A stretch of 57,059 nt of DNA, the filler included, from Catajapyx aquilonaris (taxonomy: Eukaryota): the NCBI GenBank assembly GCA_000934665.2. It is 3 parts of 3 records of this genome, joined end to end, with 100 filler letters (N's around TTAATTAATTAA, not from the genome) between each part and the next. Parts side by side here need not be neighbours in the genome. Positions count along the whole stretch, not along the records: positions 38,139 to 57,059 come from JYFJ02006573.1; 2 more parts are not named here. One strand, 5' to 3'. Below are positions 49,225-57,059 of the stretch, in pieces. The position numbers were made by a program, and so were the translations under genes. The notes beneath the pieces were generated by a model, which did not search any database, was not told where the DNA came from, and was given only the letters and a program-made list of their open reading frames with translations. The stretch's first letter is position 1. Each line of letters starts with the position of its first letter.

Positions 49225-52200
49225 GTCAGTTCGTCGTCAAAAAATGATGCCTGCTATGTTATTGTGAATGATATTTATTTAATTATGACTAGGAACTTGA
49301 TTTTCAATATTCTGAAAACATGCAAAAGATGTCAGCATCTAGAGATAGGCCCATATATAAATTAAATGTCATGTAAATGGCCTCTTATTCAACTCCAATC
49401 TGTACATAGCACCATGATGCAATTCACTTCAATGCGTGGTATTAATGGTAATGTAAGAAATATTTTCATCGATGATATGTGATGACTATTGAATGCAAAT
49501 GCCAGATGTTGATGAAGCAAAACATTAATATATTGTTTTGGCTTATGAATCATTGAATAACTTATTGTAGTTTGCTCTGGATGAGTGGATATATGCACCA
49601 TATAGGCTCTGGTTGGAGAAGTAAATAACTACATTATTAGCAGAGTACAACATGTCAATTAAACCTTGTCAAAATTCATCGAGATATGATGGACCGTGTG
49701 TACCGCACTCTATCATTGCACTAGCGGTTTTATCAATGGCATTATTTCATGCAGTTGACTTGTGGTCTCCGTACTTATATCTTGACAAGACCACATATTA
49801 ACATCGAGCTATGTTTACCCATGAAATTGAAGCTGCTGGTTATGTCAAATGGTGTCCATGTGCTGCACAGGCAACGGGATTAATTATGCCGGAGCATGGT
49901 TCAAGCTACGCTCTTTGACCTCCCCTGCGCTGGTGAATATTTAGTACTTGGCCTGAACCGGGACAGAAACAAGAAGTTTCCTTACGGAGAAAAGATAACA
50001 ATTTTTCTCTGGCCTAACAGATTTTGCAGATGTAGAGGAGAAAGGTGTTACGCAGCTGCCAAAGGGAGGATGGAATTTACTGTAAATATGACAGCAATCT
50101 GTAACTTTCCTCTGATTCAACTCCCATGCTTTCATTTCCTACTCCTGTTTCTTCAGTGGCGTATCTTCGATTGTGATTTAATGAGCTTTATGACATGGTG
50201 AGCTTGTAAGAGGCTGGTGGGTTATGGCTGCCATATATCAGGGCTGTTAATAGCTGCTGCAGTCATCAACAATCATGGGTTGGAAGTGGGAGAGCGAAAG
50301 CTGTCAAAGTTGTAGAAGGGGATTGGCCCAATTCAAAAACAGTTTGGGTGGATAAAACCAGGCACTTCTTTTGTTTCCAGTCGATGTCGATTAGGGCATC
50401 AGTTTTTAATGGCAGGTAAATGACAGATTACTATAGGGATGGGAACCCCATCCATGCACTTTGTGATTAATGATGCATAAAAGCGAGGGACAATGTAACA
50501 TTCCAGGCTCATTTGATATTCCACGTCCTTCAGAAGTCAGGGGGAATGTGAGACATGTGGGAAATGTCGCATACATGCATAATAAATTAATAAGCCGTGA
50601 ATGACACTTTTGGCATATTCTGCAGATTCACACAACAATGCCGTCACACGTTATTAGGATATTCTCCCCCGCAACCAGTGGATTATTCGAGCACTGCGCC
50701 GTAATTCCAAAAGCGCAGTTTTCACTGAAATGAAATGACCCAAGGACGAATTCATCATTTCCATTCATTCCAAAGTGGCCTGCTAAGGATGAAAATTGTC
50801 GCACCAAGTTACGTATGCAATTCCTGCTGAAATTGAGTCTTCAAACTGCTTATGAAACGATGCGCACCATTTGTTGTTGTTTCTCTCGTCTCCAACCCCC
50901 CAATTTATTAACGTGCACGTAACCATTACAGAAACAAAACGTGGGCTGGATATTTGCAATGAGACTGGCACACGTACAGAGAGACACACTACGCTCGAAA
51001 TTACATGTATTTAGCGCGTGAGTAATCGGAGAAAGTGAACAATTCTACACACCGGGTCGTGCCATGAACTGCAAATGAGGTCTATTTGCTCAAAACCAGA
51101 GGCGTCGCTCGTGATTGCTTTGTAAGGAGTGTATCTTAAAATGTATATAATCTCTCTACAGTACAAATCTAAAAGTTTGTATGTCTTAGTCCGGGCCCCC
51201 AAGCCGTGACCCCAAGAGCTATGCCGGTGGTATGCCCATATGTTGTCAAATCGTGTGCCACATGATCCAATGGCATAGATCTGTGAATATCCCGTCTGGC
51301 TTATATAGAGAGGTGTGACCGTTCTTGCCACCTGCAATTAGCGTCCATTCATGGTCCGATGTAAAATGTAGACGGGCGAACGCGACGATAACGTTATCAA
51401 ATCGCGCGGAATGCGTACAAGTCGCGCGGGTCGGTTGACCTTCCTGAGTCATATGCATGCGAAAGAGAGCCGTTACAAGACTCGAAGATTGTGTGTGGGC
51501 AGTTTCAGGCATGGCAATGACGCCAATAAGAGAGCTAGACCCATTTGCAGGATGGCTTGGCCGAAGAAAAAGAAGAAGAAAAAATAAGGTGTGTACCACT
51601 CTTTATATGGAGTGCGGGGTTAGGAAAAACTCGAAAATTCCAGAAGTGTTTCTTGTTGTGGTTACCGTAATGCTTTCGGTTCACTGACTTCCCCGGCTGG
51701 GGGCCTGACAAAACAAACATGATCGGGCTGGGGAAATATTGTCGGAAGGGGTAGATTAATAAAGGGAAGAACGCGAACGAAGAACGCGAACTTCCGTGCG
51801 AGGAAATTGGATAATGTGTAATAGGTAAGGTAATTAGACATCTGCAGGGGGTGGAAACGGACGATAATTGTTGGCCTGGAGTGATTTTTACGCCACATTG
51901 TGTCTCGCAGAAGCATCCCAAAAAATCCCACAAAAACAGGTAGAGAAATGGCCAGTATTTGGCTGAATTTTCATACCTGAAGTTTAAAGAGCACCTGTAT
52001 TACTATAATAATTTTTTGGCCAAAATTGTGGTCATAAATGAAAATTGCGGATATATTTAGATTGCTAATTTCGCATTAGTGAAACAAATTCGGCGTGCCT
52101 TTTTCGTGCCAAACTCGTAATTCTTGTGGGACATATTGCGCCTGCACTTTGTTGGTCGTTTCATGCACCGGGAAGGAACTGCAATTTGCATACGAAGGAA

Positions 52201-55200
52201 ACGAGGCACGTTCTTTCTCTCATACACATCATACACACACAAACGAGACAATTAGTACGAAAGGGCACATTAAAACCATTGCCATTGACCCTGGCACTGG
52301 TTCGCAAGAAAGGAGAGTCCCACTTCACAAGTCGAGTGTTTCTCTCATTAGAGGAATTAGAAAAGGGCTTTACTACTATAGTACATACTATTTTTTTGGA
52401 ACCTAGTGTCCGTAGGTTCCAAGAATAGCTTCCACGTTTGAATCATTCACACCATTGATCTTGTTGCAGCAGCATCCGGCAAGTGAAAATGAAGATGTAT
52501 GGTGGGTAGTTGGATCGATGTGGGGCGTGTTATGGACCTGTGCTTTTGGGAGTCATTTTTCGGGTGGTCCATTATTGACAAATTGATCCGGCTTTGAAAT
52601 CTGAGAGGGTTTCTGGTACTGGATCCCCAGGACCAGTTCGTGCTCCGGCTGCCACAGTTTGATGAGATGATGGGGGTTCCCAAGGTGGCTGCAGACAGGT
52701 TGGGTAATTAATATTTGCATTCATTATACCTAGGGGCCCCCATGTGAATACTAGGCTCATGTGGGACCAATTAAAGGATCGAGTTATTTCGGGTAATAAA
52801 ACACTTGAGACTTCACTTGCCCTGTGGGGGTACAGTGTATGGATATCGTATGTTTTATCGGTTGATCCTGCATTTTTTTTACGGTAATAAACCTCGGTTG
52901 AGATGATTTGATTGTTGACTTGAGGCGTTTTGGAGCTCATCTTTTTTACCCCCTTTCAGTTAACCGTATCTTTTACTCGTATTTCAATTTCGGGTCCATT
53001 GTAGCGTTGTTTAAGGACGTAATGATGGTGTTTCATATTGTTTTATTGCTTTTTTGTGAAAGTTTATGAACGGCGCCTCTTGCCATACATTATTTAGGGT
53101 ACATTTTTTGTAGTGGGCAAATGTAACGGGAGATAAAAGGTGTTCGCTAGCTAATTGAGATCCATCAATGTCTGGAGCACAAATCACTCACATCCAGTTT
53201 GCGTTACTGGGTGTCTTATTACTGCTCGATACGCGTAATTACGAGGAAAGTTCGGGGGGGATATACAACTACAAGTGAAGCATCCGAAATATTAAGAACC
53301 GGCCGGACTAGTTCAGAAGGGAAATAGGTTATCCAATAACGGTGCGCAGGTGAGGGTGTAATCGGACACATGTAGGTATCGATGATAACATGAGACGCAC
53401 CTGGCAATTATATCTGGTATGCAGTTCATTTGCATGAGGTTGAATTGAGTAAAAAAAATGATTTTAGTTCCAAGTGACATTTTATTTGCAGAATTCACTA
53501 CAGTTAATCTTGTTAGCGCCTCGTTTTTCCCGAGCATTTATAATACATTGCTGCCAGTTACCCTTGTCAACAGGTTGTAAGCCGGAGTCTTACATTAATA
53601 ATTACCTGCTACAGGCCAGGTGGCTGGAGTTGTTTGCATTTTGCGGAGGATTATCCAGGGTAAATGTTAAATCTGACGTGTGAAATCGTTTATCACACGT
53701 TTCTTAATGGTGGAAAAAATGGCGTCTAAGGTGTTAAAACATTGCGTTTTATCGGGTGATTGTTTCATGTGGCGCCTTGCTGGTTTTTCGCATCAGGATA
53801 TCCAGTAATTTGAAAGTAATCAGTTTCACTCAATATTTGAGTACCTACTTGTCCTCTTTGGAATGTCACTTATTGCAACACACCATATTTGTGCACCGTA
53901 CTTTTCACGCCCGTGGTGGCGTATGCCGAGTGCGATTAAAAATCGCGAAACGGCGGCTGTAAATTAGTCACTTTATTGTTCTGTACTGTATATTTCAACA
54001 CTTCAAGGCTGCGGACGAGCTTTCTCCTTACGGGGTCGTAGCAAGTAGTGTAAATAGAGGGGGATGAGCCGTTGCGCAAATGCGAATAAAACAATACGGT
54101 ATACACAAAGTCAGCTGTCAGCCAGATTGTGTATAGTACGACCTTGTCAGCTATGCAGCAGGACACGGTTTATTCTGGGGTTCCAATCGAAGCCTTCTGA
54201 CAGTTGTGTCATTGACATTTTTATATACAGCACATACCGTAGCCCCCCCGAGGATGCAATTTCCACATTTGATGCTCCACTTTTCCATGCTCCACTTCCC
54301 ACCTGTAGTACATCTGAGCAACTCTTTTGTGTTGTAGAACTTCCTTCCGAAGAGGGTTTTCTGAAAGAAAAATGCTGCCTAAAGTTGTGCACCGTTTTTT
54401 TTGTTTGTTTTGTAAGATCAAAGAGGAGACTCTCACGAAATGCAGGTGTATAACGAGTTACTATTTAAGCAGGATTTTTGTGATAACTGCTTCTTTTTTT
54501 TGTAATATGGCGGAAACTCAGCTTTCACGTTGTTCAGTCATTTCTCTTTCGCCTGGTCGGATTTTTTTTTCTGTGAGCACTTGACCTTTTTGGGACGGTG
54601 GTCAGCAGCAAGTGCAGCAATTTTGCATGCATGACAGTTTTAGCGCGAAACGAAAAATTGAACCTGTTATCTGTAACTTTTAACTGGTTTCGCATGGGAT
54701 TCGTTCGTCTTTGTGTTTGCCTGTGTGAACCCAGCTCGATTTTTCATGGGGAGTGGAAATTCCAAGGGACTAATCACGTCAGATTCAGCGAAATAATTTA
54801 GTTGAGCGTGCTCAATCTTTTTCTAAACATGACATGTAATTTTTTTTTTTCGTAGCCGGAATTTGTGCCTTCCGTCATCAGCCGCATTTTTGCGCATGAT
54901 AAAAATGAGCATGTGCAGAGTACATCATTTCTGACGTCTTGTTACAGTAAACTTGATATGGGTTAATCTCTCTTGCGTCTGTCGTAGGGCATTTTCTGTG
55001 GACTTGAGTGCTCTTTTTTAGTGCAGATTTTTACGTGTTTTTAGGCCTCCCACGTCGAACGGCTTCCGTAAAAATGGGCAATTTTTTAAGCGTTTTGCGT
55101 GCTGATGAAGCGGGTCACTTTCCTACATAATCATGGCTTATGTTCAAATTTTTTTCATATCTGGCTGCATGAATGGGGGGGTTACGTTCAAGACGCCCGA

Positions 55201-57059
55201 TGATTCACCACGTCACCTTTTAAGGTGCTGCGGGTCTGCATAGGTTATCACGGAGGTCTTTCCTATGAGACTTGATTTCGCAGATGTGTGGAGGCGGCGG
55301 AGGAGACATGTGACCTTGCAAGGACGTCTGCTATGGCGATAAGAGCAATGGTTGGCCTTCATGTACACTTTATTCACTACTTGCTGAAGCACTCACAGGT
55401 GCAATTGTTTTGTAGGTTTTTTTTTTTTTTTGCAAGTGAATCATAGTGTACACTACAGATTTCCCCCAACTGAATTGCGCAATGCATAGCTAGCATCATC
55501 ACCGATCCGTGACATATATATAATTAGTTCCTGTTTGTGTCTGGTACAAAAGGTACCATTTTCAAGGCGGTCTCATCGCGGTCGAGAATGGCTAATGAAG
55601 GAGTTGAACGAGGCGTTGTTTACATTTCCTCTGTCCTTGCAACGCGATGTAATTACTAACCTTTCCAGTAGAAGGCGGGGATTTTTTTATTTTTTTAAAA
55701 GCAAGAGTCATTTCTGCACGGATAAGTGCATAGGTAATTGGTAATGCAGATCCGGCTTCAGCTTTTCGGTAATAAAGGAATTTGATGTTTGGTAGCTCAT
55801 TTTCGAAAGGAAATCGGGTGTGGAATGTGACCTTGCGTGAGAGGTTTTCGCAGGGTTGGAAAAATTGCTGGCATTGTTGCGGTCGGACGTGGAGGAAGTC
55901 GTGCGATTTTTCAGAAAACGGATCCGTATTTTGTAGTGTGTCGACCACTAAACTTGGGAGGGCTGTAAACTATGCCAGTAAACAAACGTGGTGTGGTCGT
56001 TAAAAAAAAAGGTGTCATGTAAACAGCTGATACAAGTATCGGTGCATTGACTGGGCATTGTTTCAAGCCAACCCGTTTTGTTTCCAGGGTCTGCTTCTTT
56101 TTTTATATATATATAGTACATATATGCGCAATTGGGGCTGCGTCATGTCTGTCAGGAATCGCTGATAAATAGTAGTATTTAACGAGCATCTGTCGATGAC
56201 GCAAGGACGTCTAGTGGCCTTGCCCGACATTTTTTCCCCCCATTTGCGTCTTTTGTGCCGTTCAAGCGAGCAGGCAGCTTCATTTCCTCAACGCTTGTCT
56301 TCTGCCCTTATGTAGCCACGCCCATATTCAACGCTACACTGGTTACCACGCAGTTACGGACATTTTTCTTAATAATATCTCAAAATATGATTATGACATT
56401 GTGTAACAAAGTGGGTATCACCATAGACTGAAATTAATTTTATTACATTATTGTGTGTATAAATGTTGTCTTCGAGCACTCTAGTTATTGTAAATAGTAA
56501 AATTAATTATACAAATATATAATGCAATTATTCTGCACATACCAAGTGTGCCCTCTGCCCTCTTGGGTTTTGTTTCCCACCAGATGAAGGCCAATCAGCA
56601 TGCGGCAGATCACATTGTTGTTCGGACTTTCGGAGTATATGGCAAAAATCCTTGGACTACATTTTTTAGTGTGATCAGGTGTGGGTTTTTTTTGATTTAC
56701 TTCTCAGTCCTTCAAATGGAAGGACTTGGATGAGAAAAGAAGGAAATGCGGTTTATTGGCGTTGGCAAGTGCCCTGAAGAGAGAAAATGGCGCGGTTTTA
56801 CGAGAAAACTAGAGGAGGGAGATACGCCCTAGAAACCAGTCGGGACAATAGAGCACTTGGGAATCGGAGTGGATAGAGAACTTGTGTAACTCCATTGTCA
56901 CGTGGGGGCCACGCCGAAAATCCTCTTGAGCCTGCTGGGAGGTGTATTGAGGACAAATCTCTAGGTCAGCTGAGAGATGGCTGGTGGCGAAATTTTTAGG
57001 GAATAGCTAAGTTTTTTTTTTTTTTGCAAGTGGTGCCGATTGTCATGCATGCGGGGCCT

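Noticed and set aside
49225..57059. Many short ORFs of 60-130 aa
   Set aside because: No kinase continuation (GKFA..) or other domain was found. Interpreted as a long DRAK intron, possibly with old repeats around 51.7-53.1 kb.
1..57059. CRISPR arrays, operons or other prokaryotic systems
   Set aside because: The sequence is clearly eukaryotic (spliceosomal introns, SINEs) and no repeat-spacer array was seen.

Overview
Eukaryotic, intron-rich animal genomic DNA, most likely an insect or other arthropod draft assembly (three large N gaps). Six protein-coding loci are visible. (1) A multi-exon + strand gene at 1-17.8 kb encodes a concatenated cyclic-nucleotide-gated K+ channel (CNGK/tetraKCNG-like). 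Three repeats are visible, two have non-canonical selectivity filters, and the last CNBD appears frameshifted. (2) A degenerate THAP + C2H2 zinc-finger gene. (3) A complete 5-exon basic HMG-box-like gene with a GC-AG intron. (4) A decaying - strand gene of unknown function, interrupted by a SINE. (5) transformer-2, with tandem-duplicated, probably mutually exclusive RRM exons, a strongly base-paired intronic element and a purine-rich 3' UTR module with an extra intron. (6) OXNAD1 on the - strand, head-to-head with the first coding exon of a DRAK/STK17-type kinase whose intron fills the rest of the window. Introns and intergenic DNA carry three tRNA-derived SINE families with TSDs, a hAT and a Tc1 transposase remnant, and many MITEs. 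All calls come from manual reading; no database searches were run.
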